Shown in pieces: positions 54,950-64,000 of a stretch of DNA of 64,000 nt. Source of the DNA: a phage. Below the pieces are notes generated by a model. It did not search any database and was not told the DNA's origin. It worked only from the letters and a program-made list of their open reading frames with translations. Location of the stretch: NCBI GenBank assembly GCA_024674815.1, contig GCA_024674815.1_4104.1, one strand, 5' to 3'. Within the stretch, counting starts at the first letter, position 1; the number at the start of each line of letters is the position of its first letter. Position numbers and translations under genes: made by a program.

Positions 54950-55171
54950 TCATTCCTCATCACTTTCAGTTAGCATAATGCTATGTACAGTTTCCACATA
55001 GCGGTGTGTTTTAGGTGTGTTATACTTTGTAATTTCATCAAACAATTTAAACAGTGCATCTACTTCACTAAGAGCACGAATGAATACATCCATCTTGGTG
55101 ACTACTCTGGAAAACCCGCGTATGTTATTAAATTCAGAGACGTGTTCATACACAACATAGTATCTATTCAT
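54950..55171 (-). CDS. hypothetical protein (73 aa)
   Basis: ATG ORF. Confidence 0.4.
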   Translation of the reverse strand: MNRYYVVYEHVSEFNNIRGFSRVVTKMDVFIRALSEVDALFKLFDEITKYNTPKTHRYVETVHSIMLTESDEE

Positions 55172-55686
55172 ATATTAAAAAGTTCCATGAATTCATTGAA
55201 TAAAGAAGTTCTAATGCACATAACAAATTCAAAATCAACATCTATGGTGTCAAGTAGTTTGAACAACTTTGGTACTAATGGATCATTCACCTCAAAGTTA
55301 TGAATCAAACTTTGTTGAAACACATTTTCTTCAGTACTATAATCAATAACAAAATATTCAGCAATACCAGGTGGTGTATAAACATCATATAAAATATGGC
55401 GGTGATGATTTGTTTTAGAACTAGGGGAATATATAAGTTCTATTTCATAAGATTTATCAGCACTGCGTGCGTAACAAACAATATCAGTACTCGTTATTTC
55501 TGAACCATCACTTCTCTCTGAAAAACAAACATCAGCATAGCGTTTTCCAGAGAGATTCAAAAGGTCATGAGTTGTTTTACCATAACAGAAATCAGTTTCA
55601 ATGCGTATCACATCTTGATATTCAATTGGTCTTGTATCGCGGCGTTCACGATTAAACACTAATTTCAACAACTCATTAATATCCAT
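55168..55686 (-). CDS. hypothetical protein (172 aa)
   Basis: ATG ORF. Confidence 0.55.
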   Translation of the reverse strand: MDINELLKLVFNRERRDTRPIEYQDVIRIETDFCYGKTTHDLLNLSGKRYADVCFSERSDGSEITSTDIVCYARSADKSYEIELIYSPSSKTNHHRHILYDVYTPPGIAEYFVIDYSTEENVFQQSLIHNFEVNDPLVPKLFKLLDTIDVDFEFVMCIRTSLFNEFMELFNI

Positions 55687-55886
55687 TATTTCGCCTCGAT
55701 AACCTTAAGGTTAACAAAATCACCTTTTACTTTCATGCATTTGAATTCAGTGCGAGTTTCATCCCCACTATCGCGAGGCCAATGAGTGGCAGAGTAGCAC
55801 TGGTCTGGTGTTTTATATACACCTTCACCAATAGTACGAGTGATTTCACCATTGGTGAGAACTACTGCGAGATATAAAGTAAACAT
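55686..55886 (-). CDS. small hypothetical protein (66 aa)
   Basis: first ATG; track start is TTG. Confidence 0.35.
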   Translation of the reverse strand: MFTLYLAVVLTNGEITRTIGEGVYKTPDQCYSATHWPRDSGDETRTEFKCMKVKGDFVNLKVIEAK

Positions 55887-56039
55887 GATATTCGCCTTAG
55901 AATAATTTATTAATAATAATAGCACCCAACGCAAGAACTGCAATAATTACAGATACCCACATTACTGCATTCACTGTACCAGTAAGTTCTTTATCAAACT
56001 CCCTGCACTTCTTGCGGTAATCTTCCCACTCTTTGTTAT

Positions 56040-56255
56040 TCACACTGCCACTCCTAATAGGTCGGTAGCTTTCTTGAGTACTACGTCAATGGTTTCCAGT
56101 ACTGCACCTTTGTGTTCAATTGATACAATATTATTATAAGTATCAAGGTCCAAGTACTCCATATATTCAGTTTTGAATACACGAACATCAGTACTAGTGA
56201 TTTTAATATCACAACCTTTATCCCAAATAACCTGCATCATTTCATTGGTAGTCAT
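56040..56255 (-). CDS. hypothetical protein (71 aa)
   Basis: ATG ORF. Confidence 0.4.
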   Translation of the reverse strand: MTTNEMMQVIWDKGCDIKITSTDVRVFKTEYMEYLDLDTYNNIVSIEHKGAVLETIDVVLKKATDLLGVAV

Positions 56256-56530
56256 TATTCAACCTTATCATAAACAAGTTTGTGTGTGCTTAGTACTTTG
56301 TTGTGATGTCCAGGGCATTCATATACATACAATCGCTCCTGTCGTTTTTCCCAACCACCACAGATACGACCTGATTGTGTACATACCTCATACTCGTTAA
56401 TAAAAGACTTACCTGTGAATGTACAATCCTGACGAACTAAGTCTTTTGCACTAAACCTGCCGTCATCATTACATGCTGTAAGAAACATTGTACAGAATAC
56501 AAAGACAACTGTCAATAGTTTTTTAATCAT
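56255..56530 (-). CDS. putative lipoprotein (91 aa)
   Basis: MIKKLLTVVFVFCTMFLTAC lipobox-like. Confidence 0.5.
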   Translation of the reverse strand: MIKKLLTVVFVFCTMFLTACNDDGRFSAKDLVRQDCTFTGKSFINEYEVCTQSGRICGGWEKRQERLYVYECPGHHNKVLSTHKLVYDKVE

Positions 56531-56895
56531 TGAACATCACCCCAACGGAAGCCATTCATATAATTCAAATTCACCTCAACGAGTTCATGTGTTTTTGTAC
56601 ACCAAATTGATAGAGTTTTTGTAACATCACCAGGTGAACTTTCATACTTCACACAATACCCTTCAATGCGAAGAGTTTTGTTAGTCCAATGTTGCCACTC
56701 AATCCAAATTTCATTAGGATAATAAACCATATCTTCCTTGAACCTATGGTATTGATCCATCGGTAAGTGACCTTCAACTTCAATTACTTCAGCACTTCGA
56801 ACAAGTTTGTCAAGCTTGTACTTTATCTCAGCAAGATATTCTTCATCATTCAGACGAGTTAATAAATCTGCTGCACGTGTTGTATCAAGGCTCAT
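56527..56895 (-). CDS. hypothetical protein (122 aa)
   Basis: ATG ORF. Confidence 0.5.
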   Translation of the reverse strand: MSLDTTRAADLLTRLNDEEYLAEIKYKLDKLVRSAEVIEVEGHLPMDQYHRFKEDMVYYPNEIWIEWQHWTNKTLRIEGYCVKYESSPGDVTKTLSIWCTKTHELVEVNLNYMNGFRWGDVQ

Positions 56896-56897
56896 TG

Positions 56898-57143
56898 TTA
56901 TTCTCCATGAATTACGGAAGTGTTGATTCGTGTTTTACCGCTAGTGTATCCAGTACTTGTATTTGCATTAGGACAGTACACAGTGTATAAAGTCGCACCA
57001 GCACCATCTTGTTGCATACGATAAATCTTACACCCTGCTTCTTTTAATTCAGCAGGTAGAACAAAATCACTTGTACGTTCTTTGGTAGAAGCATCACATG
57101 CAGTGAGTAGAAATGCGACGAGTACTGCTACAATGTATTTCAT
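56898..57143 (-). CDS. putative lipoprotein (81 aa)
   Basis: MKYIVAVLVAFLLTAC lipobox. Confidence 0.5.
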   Translation of the reverse strand: MKYIVAVLVAFLLTACDASTKERTSDFVLPAELKEAGCKIYRMQQDGAGATLYTVYCPNANTSTGYTSGKTRINTSVIHGE

Positions 57144-57451
57144 TAACGAACCTCCACTTCTTGAGAAAGAGCATGAGTCAGTGCATTTGAATTCGAACCA
57201 TTCATTTCACGCTGACATACAAACATAATGGCATCTTGTACTGAACCTGCGATTTCATACTCACGACCTTCTGGATCAGTTACCAGATGTTCAACGATAC
57301 AACCACCTCTCAGTACAGAAGCACCAGTACTTACACTAATTTTGTAACCTAAGAAATCAAACTGCATACATGCGTCAGTAGGTTTCATCCAATGACCGCT
57401 GTTTTGATTCAAATCGATGATTACAAAACCTTGAGTGTTAGTTTGAAACAT
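57143..57451 (-). CDS. hypothetical protein (102 aa)
   Basis: ATG ORF. Confidence 0.5.
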   Translation of the reverse strand: MFQTNTQGFVIIDLNQNSGHWMKPTDACMQFDFLGYKISVSTGASVLRGGCIVEHLVTDPEGREYEIAGSVQDAIMFVCQREMNGSNSNALTHALSQEVEVR

Positions 57452-57570
57452 AGTTAATTCCTCATTTAATTTAAAAGGGCGGGAACGCAGTGACGAGTAC
57501 GATTATGCTGTCTTTCCTTTCACTGCATTCCCTTTTATATAAAACATAATACTGCTATTATTCAGTACTG

Positions 57571-57864
57571 TCAATCGATATAAGTACCTTTTTTAACATC
57601 ACAGACTTCTTCCATCCAATGTGGATTTTCGTTTTTATCAGTGAAGATTTGTTCTGCTTCTTCTTTTGTTTCAGCTAGGACAATACGATCCCCTTCATCC
57701 AAATCACGGATACGATACACTTTCAGTTCTTGTTTCTTCTCAAGAATATTACACAGTTCACGTGCTTTTTCTTCATCGCACTTCCCTTCATTAGCATAAA
57801 ACCAAATTGCTTTTTTAATAAGGTCACGTTCTTCTTTAGAAAAAGACATAATATTTCCTATCAT
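57571..57864 (-). CDS. hypothetical protein (97 aa)
   Basis: ATG ORF. Confidence 0.5.
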   Translation of the reverse strand: MIGNIMSFSKEERDLIKKAIWFYANEGKCDEEKARELCNILEKKQELKVYRIRDLDEGDRIVLAETKEEAEQIFTDKNENPHWMEEVCDVKKGTYID

Positions 57865-58018
57865 TTGTTAAAGTGGATTTCGTTTGATATAAACATTATA
57901 CAGTACTGATATCTTATGTCAAGTATTAATCACCAAAAATCATCAGATACCCAAACCAACCCACACAGACGACTAAGCTAACAATACCAAAGACAATCTC
58001 TAAAGTCATGTTGTATCC

Positions 58019-58237
58019 TTAATCAACGATTTTATATTCACGATGACCATAGAATCCAGCCTCAAGGATGCGATTACCATCAGCATCTTCCAAATCCCAC
58101 CCACGGGATGTTTCGGCAATAATAGTCATGATGTGACCTCTTGGGAAAATTCCACTCATGGTGGATACATCTTCAAGTAATTGAACTTTCTTACCAACAT
58201 TGGAATTCGGTTTAAACATTTTATGGCCCTTATTCAT
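58019..58237 (-). CDS. hypothetical protein (72 aa)
   Basis: ATG ORF. Confidence 0.45.
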   Translation of the reverse strand: MNKGHKMFKPNSNVGKKVQLLEDVSTMSGIFPRGHIMTIIAETSRGWDLEDADGNRILEAGFYGHREYKIVD

Positions 58238-58412
58238 TGATCACATCAAGTACTTTATCCAGCTTTTTACCAATGCTTTCCTTTGGTTTCTCACCATTCT
58301 GGAATACATTAGTACTGCAATACTCAGGACGCGTATTAGGAAACTTCTCGTTCATCCAGGAGTGACCGTAAACACCCAGCATGATGCCAACGATAAGAAT
58401 GATAATTTGCAT
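58230..58412 (-). CDS. small membrane protein (60 aa)
   Basis: N-terminal hydrophobic helix; 8-nt overlap with downstream gene. Confidence 0.3.
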   Translation of the reverse strand: MQIIILIVGIMLGVYGHSWMNEKFPNTRPEYCSTNVFQNGEKPKESIGKKLDKVLDVINE

Positions 58413-58427
58413 GATAATTTCCTCTGA

Positions 58428-59216
58428 TTAAATGTTAGTAGTATAGTACTTGATTTCGTTTTGAATTGCAAGTTCTATTTGTTTATTGAAAAGAATTCCA
58501 AACTCTTTGATTGATTCACAATCGAATTCAATAGAAAAAGTATACTCTGGTACACGTACATTGTCAATACCCAAATACTCTTTTATGTAAATTTTAATGA
58601 GTTCACATAGTGCAGTACTAAGACATTGAATTTCAAAATGTTTTGCACCTTTGTCAAAATACTTGAATGCATCAATATCACCCACAATAAAACTATTCTT
58701 TAATGTAGTGAATAGGTTCTCAGGAAACACGGTAATAGGTGACATTGATTTAAGAATGTATGTATCTTTGGCATTCTTAATGTACTCAATGAAGCAGTAG
58801 TTAACGTCAGGCTCGATTGAACGATCCGCGTTATGATACCAGTGTTTAAACTCACTGTATTCAGCAAACTTATGCTGGCGTAATGCGTTACAATCTTCAC
58901 ACAGTGCAGTCATGTTCTCTTTATCATTACCGCCCTGAAGACAGTCCAGTACATTATGGTCTAACGTCATGCGTACAAGGCGTTTCCCTTTAAGTACATA
59001 AGGTCTGAATTTATAACGATCTTTAGTACTGTGCTTGTGTAAAGTGAATACTACATTAGATTCACCGCAACAATCACATTTAAAGCCATCACGTGACATT
59101 ACATGAATGAGTTTTCGAGTATTTGGACCAAACTCTGATTTGGTAATGTTACCTACAATTTCTGATGGTTGGTAATATTTTGAATTCCGTCGAATCAGTT
59201 CATCTATAGTGCTCAT
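58428..59216 (-). CDS. HNH endonuclease (262 aa)
   Basis: CDCCG...LDHNV...GGND..ENMTALCEDCNALR (HNH motif). Confidence 0.6.
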   Translation of the reverse strand: MSTIDELIRRNSKYYQPSEIVGNITKSEFGPNTRKLIHVMSRDGFKCDCCGESNVVFTLHKHSTKDRYKFRPYVLKGKRLVRMTLDHNVLDCLQGGNDKENMTALCEDCNALRQHKFAEYSEFKHWYHNADRSIEPDVNYCFIEYIKNAKDTYILKSMSPITVFPENLFTTLKNSFIVGDIDAFKYFDKGAKHFEIQCLSTALCELIKIYIKEYLGIDNVRVPEYTFSIEFDCESIKEFGILFNKQIELAIQNEIKYYTTNI

Positions 59217-59217
59217 T

Positions 59218-59448
59218 TTACATTAATCCTTCTATGCTACAACCAATAAGTACTTTTTTCACTTCAATAACTCGTACCAAATAGAATCCATTTGAAAAGT
59301 TAAAACTATACATTTGTACTAAGGCATCTGCTTCAGATTTCGCACGGATACATGATAGATAAATTTCACGTATATCACCATCCAACGATACTTGTTTCTC
59401 TGCATTGATGACAATAGAACGAATCTCAAAACGAACGCCATAACTCAT
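59218..59448 (-). CDS. hypothetical protein (76 aa)
   Basis: ATG ORF. Confidence 0.4.
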   Translation of the reverse strand: MSYGVRFEIRSIVINAEKQVSLDGDIREIYLSCIRAKSEADALVQMYSFNFSNGFYLVRVIEVKKVLIGCSIEGLM

Positions 59449-59654
59449 TGAGTTTGTCCTACAATAAGCTTTGTGTTAGTATTACTATTGTAACACCACA
59501 TTTGTTCTTTACTAACTGTAATCCAAATATCTTTGTTTACTTGTTCGTATGTACTATCACGTACTGCTATGCATTGATTCATGGAATTCATTGGGGTTAT
59601 TTGTACACCGGAATTAACAGAGAAAGCGACTACTAAAAAGATTACTGAATTCAT
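59445..59654 (-). CDS. secreted small protein (69 aa)
   Basis: signal-peptide-like MNSVIFLVVAFSVNSG. Confidence 0.45.
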   Translation of the reverse strand: MNSVIFLVVAFSVNSGVQITPMNSMNQCIAVRDSTYEQVNKDIWITVSKEQMWCYNSNTNTKLIVGQTQ

Positions 59655-59714
59655 TTGATATTCCTTAATGGTTAATCATCCATCTCTTCGAGATGTCTGT
59701 TCGCTTCTAATACT

Positions 59715-59745
59715 ACGTATTCTACGCGAATGATTAATAACTGTC
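59715..59745 (-). promoter_or_regulatory. sigma70-type promoter
   Basis: TTGACA-17-TAGAAT on minus strand. Confidence 0.4.
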
Positions 59746-60271
59746 AAGGACTTTTAATATTGACGGGATTTGAGGAAGGGATTTTTCTTCCCCCCACAAG
59801 GAGGGAAATTTGACGCTGATGGTATCAGAGCTATTGCATTGAAGATTACTCATAAAGAGTGCGAAAGCGGGTCATCCTGTTTCTCTCTACTTCAGTTTCA
59901 TATGACGGTCTACACTTTTAAACATAGTGTATCTTCATTAAGTATCTATGCAATCAAATACTTAATGTGAGTACTCAAATTTTGGACGCAACTTTCCTGT
60001 ACAAAATTCGATAACTCTCCCTTAGATAATTCGTAAGGTGTTATCCTTATATGTCTATCAAGGAACCACCAGCTATCCTAACGTGGTTCTTTATACAGCC
60101 GCATTGCCGTGAGGGGTTCAAACTATGCCCACATCTAACGGGTTTCTTTTGCTGTTCGCACTGTCGGACTGCTCAACTGCCCTCTACGTTTTCGAGTGGA
60201 TCAGGTACATGAATATCATGCCAACAGAATTGTACAAGATAATTATATCACAAACTTTTACTTCATCCCAT

Positions 60272-60297
60272 AAAAAAAGGTTGGCATAAGCCAACCC
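60272..60297 (-). terminator. intrinsic terminator after sigma-factor gene
   Basis: GGUUGGCuuauGCCAACC + U7 in minus transcript. Confidence 0.55.
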
Positions 60298-60304
60298 TTG
60301 TTCT

Positions 60305-61270
60305 TTAGAAATCTTCGTATTCGTACCCTTTTGCAAGTACTAACTTCTTAAGCTTTTGCATAGCTTCACTGTACTTTCGATGTATTGATGAACGGGATTT
60401 AACATATTTTCCATTATCATCAACAAAACCATTATCAGCAATCTCACGAAGCGTTTCAGGTTCATATTCACCTAGACCATGAACACGCTGGATAATCTCA
60501 CGTTCTTTAGTACTCAATTCGTTGGTCAGTTCATTGATAGCATAACGCAAAGGTGCACGGATACTATCAACATTGAGGTTAAAATCAGAAGCAGGTGAAT
60601 GAATAATGTCACCTAATGTACCATCTGTAACACCGTCTAATGGTGCATCCAGCGAAGTGTATTCGCTTTGAAATAACAAACAATTATTAACATGCTGAAT
60701 CTCAATCCCAGTACCCTCTGAGATTATTTCAGGAGTTGGGCGAACACCATGTTTACGCATATATTCCTGACAGAATCTTTTTACTTTGATCTTATGAACA
60801 CTCATATAACGTGGGAAGTGTACCATATAGTTAGCGTCAGAACTTTCGTTATAGACTGTCATGTAAATACTAGAAGAAGCATAGGTAATGAACTTAACAT
60901 TCTTATTAAGATCAAAGGTTTTTAGTGCTCTCATGAACCCCTCAACACCATATGAAATCTTATCTTCAAATGGGATATAACAAGTACATTTACTTGCTAC
61001 ATCAATAATCAGTCCATAATTGTAACGAACTAACAGTTCAGTGTTTTTCTTTACATTGATACCAGCTTGAATATCACGAATTAGATCTTCATTGGAAACA
61101 TTTGGTGGTCGCTTAAGTGTAATATTATATTTGAAACTGCTTTGTACTTTACCTTCATTATCATCTTTATCTTCAACGAAATCTAAGGCTTCTAGTGTGT
61201 TGACTTCTTCATTAGCAAAACATTCATCCAGAACTTCTTCGGCAATTGTATTTAAATCAAGCTTTTTCAC
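60305..61270 (-). CDS. sigma-70 family RNA polymerase sigma factor (321 aa)
   Basis: region 2 (FITYAS...VHFPRYM), 3 (GVRPTPEI), 4 (EREIIQRVHGL...ETLREIA); GTG start with AGGAGA SD. Confidence 0.65.
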   Translation of the reverse strand: MKKLDLNTIAEEVLDECFANEEVNTLEALDFVEDKDDNEGKVQSSFKYNITLKRPPNVSNEDLIRDIQAGINVKKNTELLVRYNYGLIIDVASKCTCYIPFEDKISYGVEGFMRALKTFDLNKNVKFITYASSSIYMTVYNESSDANYMVHFPRYMSVHKIKVKRFCQEYMRKHGVRPTPEIISEGTGIEIQHVNNCLLFQSEYTSLDAPLDGVTDGTLGDIIHSPASDFNLNVDSIRAPLRYAINELTNELSTKEREIIQRVHGLGEYEPETLREIADNGFVDDNGKYVKSRSSIHRKYSEAMQKLKKLVLAKGYEYEDF

Positions 61271-61291
61271 TTACATCTCCTAATGACGAAA

Positions 61292-61789
61292 TCAAAATCG
61301 ATATACATTAATATTATCATCTGTGAAGCAATCATGGTTGTGCACATCCATGAAAGTACTAAACACTTTATCATATAAAGTTGTATGTTCTTCATGAATA
61401 GCAGCATCTAGCATGTATTCTCCACCACTTCCCATAAAGAAAGTGTAGTCTTCATGTAGGTATTCAAGTTTTTTAATAAACTTTCCTTTAGTTAAAATCA
61501 TATGAATAACATAATCTTTAGAAAGAAGCACACAATGGCAACTTAACTTTCTGTCAGGTATAACTGGTACTTTATTAATTAACCAATCCAGTACTTTATC
61601 AATTTCACTTACTACCCCACTAGCACTGAATAAACGGTCATGTACATATAAAGTTTTTTGATTAACAACTCCATATTGATATTTTGGTCTTAGTGGGAAA
61701 AAACCAAATAAGTTTCGTGGTATAGTTGACGTAACTCTAGAATCGGTAATCAATAAATTTAATCGTTTATCAATATAAACAGTTGTCAT
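61292..61789 (-). CDS. hypothetical protein (165 aa)
   Basis: ATG ORF. Confidence 0.55.
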   Translation of the reverse strand: MTTVYIDKRLNLLITDSRVTSTIPRNLFGFFPLRPKYQYGVVNQKTLYVHDRLFSASGVVSEIDKVLDWLINKVPVIPDRKLSCHCVLLSKDYVIHMILTKGKFIKKLEYLHEDYTFFMGSGGEYMLDAAIHEEHTTLYDKVFSTFMDVHNHDCFTDDNINVYRF

Positions 61790-61790
61790 A

Positions 61791-62210
61791 TTAAACCTTA
61801 TCTAAGAATTTATCGTATATATAAAATTCTTTATCGGTGAATACATTAATTCTAGTATCGAATCTTTGCATCGTGTTCATATACAATGAACTTTTTAAAT
61901 AAAAATACAAAGCAACAAATTCTGATATATGCATATTCTTTTTATTGTTACATAAATTCTTTAGCATTTTGATGCTATCAAATTCTTCTTTATCAAATCT
62001 GTACTGGTAAAAATTATATCTATTGAACTGGCACTCATAGATACGAAGTGCCATTATATCAATACATGCTTGCGATTTACAGTACTTATTCAATACGTCA
62101 TAATCACCCGTACATAATGCTACAAAGATTTTATGTGCAAGTGTAGCTTTTCCTTCAATCGTATGATAACCAAAGAACTTAATGATTAAGTACTGAAGAA
62201 ATCTAAACAT
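61791..62210 (-). CDS. hypothetical protein (139 aa)
   Basis: ATG ORF. Confidence 0.55.
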   Translation of the reverse strand: MFRFLQYLIIKFFGYHTIEGKATLAHKIFVALCTGDYDVLNKYCKSQACIDIMALRIYECQFNRYNFYQYRFDKEEFDSIKMLKNLCNNKKNMHISEFVALYFYLKSSLYMNTMQRFDTRINVFTDKEFYIYDKFLDKV

Positions 62211-62215
62211 TTTAT

Positions 62216-62476
62216 TTAGAATTTCTCCGAAATTACAAGTGTATCATCATAATCATCAGCAATATCATGAAGAACTTTTAAGTTACTTTCACCAGAAACG
62301 CTTTTTACTTCGTTCAAAAGATAGTTTAGATCAACTTTAGTTACTTTTTCTGAATCAAACACACAGAAAGTTAATTCAGCGTTTGGACAGATCTTCTTCA
62401 GATTATCAGCAACCACTTGTTTGAAGTTGAAAGATGGGGAAGCAACTAGGTTAACTGCAACGAGAATAGATTTCAT
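62216..62476 (-). CDS. hypothetical protein (86 aa)
   Basis: ATG ORF. Confidence 0.5.
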   Translation of the reverse strand: MKSILVAVNLVASPSFNFKQVVADNLKKICPNAELTFCVFDSEKVTKVDLNYLLNEVKSVSGESNLKVLHDIADDYDDTLVISEKF

Positions 62477-62550
62477 AATGTTTTCCTTTCTAGCTGATAA
62501 TTAAATTAGGAGCACATTGTACTCCATATTATTTGTTATGTCAAATACTT

Positions 62551-62802
62551 TTAGATACCAAGTGCAGTAGATAACTCTTTACGTTTGTTATATGAATCAG
62601 ATTCAATCTTACTTTTCTTGTTGAAAAGGGATTCGATATCCTTATAGATTGCTTCGATAGATTTAGTTACTACCCATTCTGATTCTTGAAGCATACCTTG
62701 GAGTCGTGCGTACTCAACTTTGATAGTACTGCGAAGTTCTTCACAAACTTCTTCATTCTTAATTAGTGCAGCACTAAGTTCTTTGACCGTATCGATGTTC
62801 AT
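62551..62802 (-). CDS. hypothetical protein (83 aa)
   Basis: ATG ORF. Confidence 0.5.
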   Translation of the reverse strand: MNIDTVKELSAALIKNEEVCEELRSTIKVEYARLQGMLQESEWVVTKSIEAIYKDIESLFNKKSKIESDSYNKRKELSTALGI

Positions 62803-62861
62803 AAGTTCCTTACTCTAATTTGTTTTTAACAAAATAATTATATATAACATACTAAATTATG

Positions 62862-63287
62862 TCAAGTATTTTTAGTACCTTCTTCTGCCATTTTTGTGAT
62901 ATACCAATTAAGTACTGATTTGTGTACCATAAAAAATGTGAATGCAAATATAGCAATAGCTGCTGATGTAACACTATTAGATAATGACCCAAGTTGGATG
63001 TTAGTACCTAAAATAACAATAAATGGATACAACACAATCAATCTACTGTAAGGTTCGTCTCCAGTATCACGGAGAAATCCAAGCCTTTCATGATCCGTAT
63101 CCATAGTGACAATTGGACAGAACATAAGTGCAGACATAAGAGCAATACCAATTTGTGCTACATTGGAAATTGTAAACCACAAAGGATTTAAACCATATGA
63201 AATATTATTTTCTGTACAGTAGTAACCAAACGAATTGAATGCACAAACTAAAAATACAAAAATACAAATCTTATTATAGCCTCTCAT
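62862..63287 (-). CDS. membrane protein (141 aa)
   Basis: multiple hydrophobic helices. Confidence 0.5.
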   Translation of the reverse strand: MRGYNKICIFVFLVCAFNSFGYYCTENNISYGLNPLWFTISNVAQIGIALMSALMFCPIVTMDTDHERLGFLRDTGDEPYSRLIVLYPFIVILGTNIQLGSLSNSVTSAAIAIFAFTFFMVHKSVLNWYITKMAEEGTKNT

Positions 63288-63706
63288 TTGTTTAGTTCCG
63301 TTAATTTTCGTTTAACTTCTAGATCATGAAACTCATCGGCATATGAGTTTTGAACAGTTCTGATGTATTCCAACATAACAAACATAGTTCCACATACCCA
63401 TAGATATGTATAGTAATCAAATACAAATGCATATAACATGCACGGTAATAAAATGAAAGTGTAAACAAAACTATATCGTGTAGTTCCAAATACTTTCAGA
63501 TATAACAAACGTCGATAATCACGGGCAAATGTATTGATGCACACTGAAAATGTAATTAATGTATACCATGAAATACCCTGAATTAAACCTGAAACATTTA
63601 CAAGTTTATGTTCATCGGAAAACCCCAGTGCATTTAGCACTGGAGCCATAACCCAACCAATAATACTAATAAGAAAAAGATATTTTGCATTACTTAGTGT
63701 GAACAT
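63284..63706 (-). CDS. membrane protein (140 aa)
   Basis: multiple hydrophobic helices. Confidence 0.5.
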   Translation of the reverse strand: MFTLSNAKYLFLISIIGWVMAPVLNALGFSDEHKLVNVSGLIQGISWYTLITFSVCINTFARDYRRLLYLKVFGTTRYSFVYTFILLPCMLYAFVFDYYTYLWVCGTMFVMLEYIRTVQNSYADEFHDLEVKRKLTELNK

Positions 63707-63707
63707 A

Positions 63708-63968
63708 TTACTTTAGTCCCCATGCTTTTTTGATTGCATCAACAGAGTTTTGGTCCACTACTTCCTTTTTTTCTGATGTAGTTTGAAGTTTATTAATTAC
63801 ATATTCCTTTGCATCTTTTTCTATCATAAATTTACCATCAACCAACACACCAAAAACTTTAGAATTTCGGGCTGGATATGGATTAATTTCATCAAGAGTA
63901 CGGACTTTCTTATCAACTATAATGGCTTTGATGTAACCAGTTTCAAGTACTGTTGTAATCACAGTCAT
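63708..63968 (-). CDS. hypothetical protein (86 aa)
   Basis: ATG ORF. Confidence 0.45.
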   Translation of the reverse strand: MTVITTVLETGYIKAIIVDKKVRTLDEINPYPARNSKVFGVLVDGKFMIEKDAKEYVINKLQTTSEKKEVVDQNSVDAIKKAWGLK

Positions 63969-64000
63969 TTCAATTGCAACTGGTGAATCTTCCCAATACG

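Noticed and set aside
1-64000. Transposase, integrase or IS element
   Set aside because: No ORF with DDE, tyrosine- or serine-recombinase motifs was recognised; the mobile features seen are regulatory cassettes and endonuclease-like genes.

Overview
This 64-kb window looks like part of a low-GC, T4-like lytic phage genome, almost entirely from a hyperplastic accessory region; no database search was possible, so all calls rest on reading the sequence and ORF translations. About 150 mostly small genes are packed on the minus strand. Few have recognisable products: a T4 endonuclease V (DenV) homolog, a TraR/DksA-type zinc-finger protein, a GNAT-like protein, a P-loop ATPase, an HNH endonuclease and a sigma-70-family factor. 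In the first 14 kb most small genes are preceded by a reiterated cassette of a sigma70-type promoter followed by a GC stem-loop in the leader, resembling the PeSL cassettes described in T4-type phages. Two TATAAATA late-type promoters precede a pair of related proteins next to denV. The main novelty candidates are (1) a plus-strand tandem array of 12 paralogous RCC1-like beta-propeller genes sharing an invariant N-terminal MLPFxRMxKYGN tag, including one Gly-rich variant and one frameshifted copy, (2) a divergently transcribed minus-strand array of about 21 translationally coupled paralogs of ~60 aa, (3) two arrays of paralogous small membrane proteins, and (4) a 1.9-kb ORF-free hub with promoters, direct repeats, iteron-like repeats and candidate small RNAs. 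No tRNA, rRNA, CRISPR array or transposase was recognised. Regulatory coordinates are approximate (a few nt).
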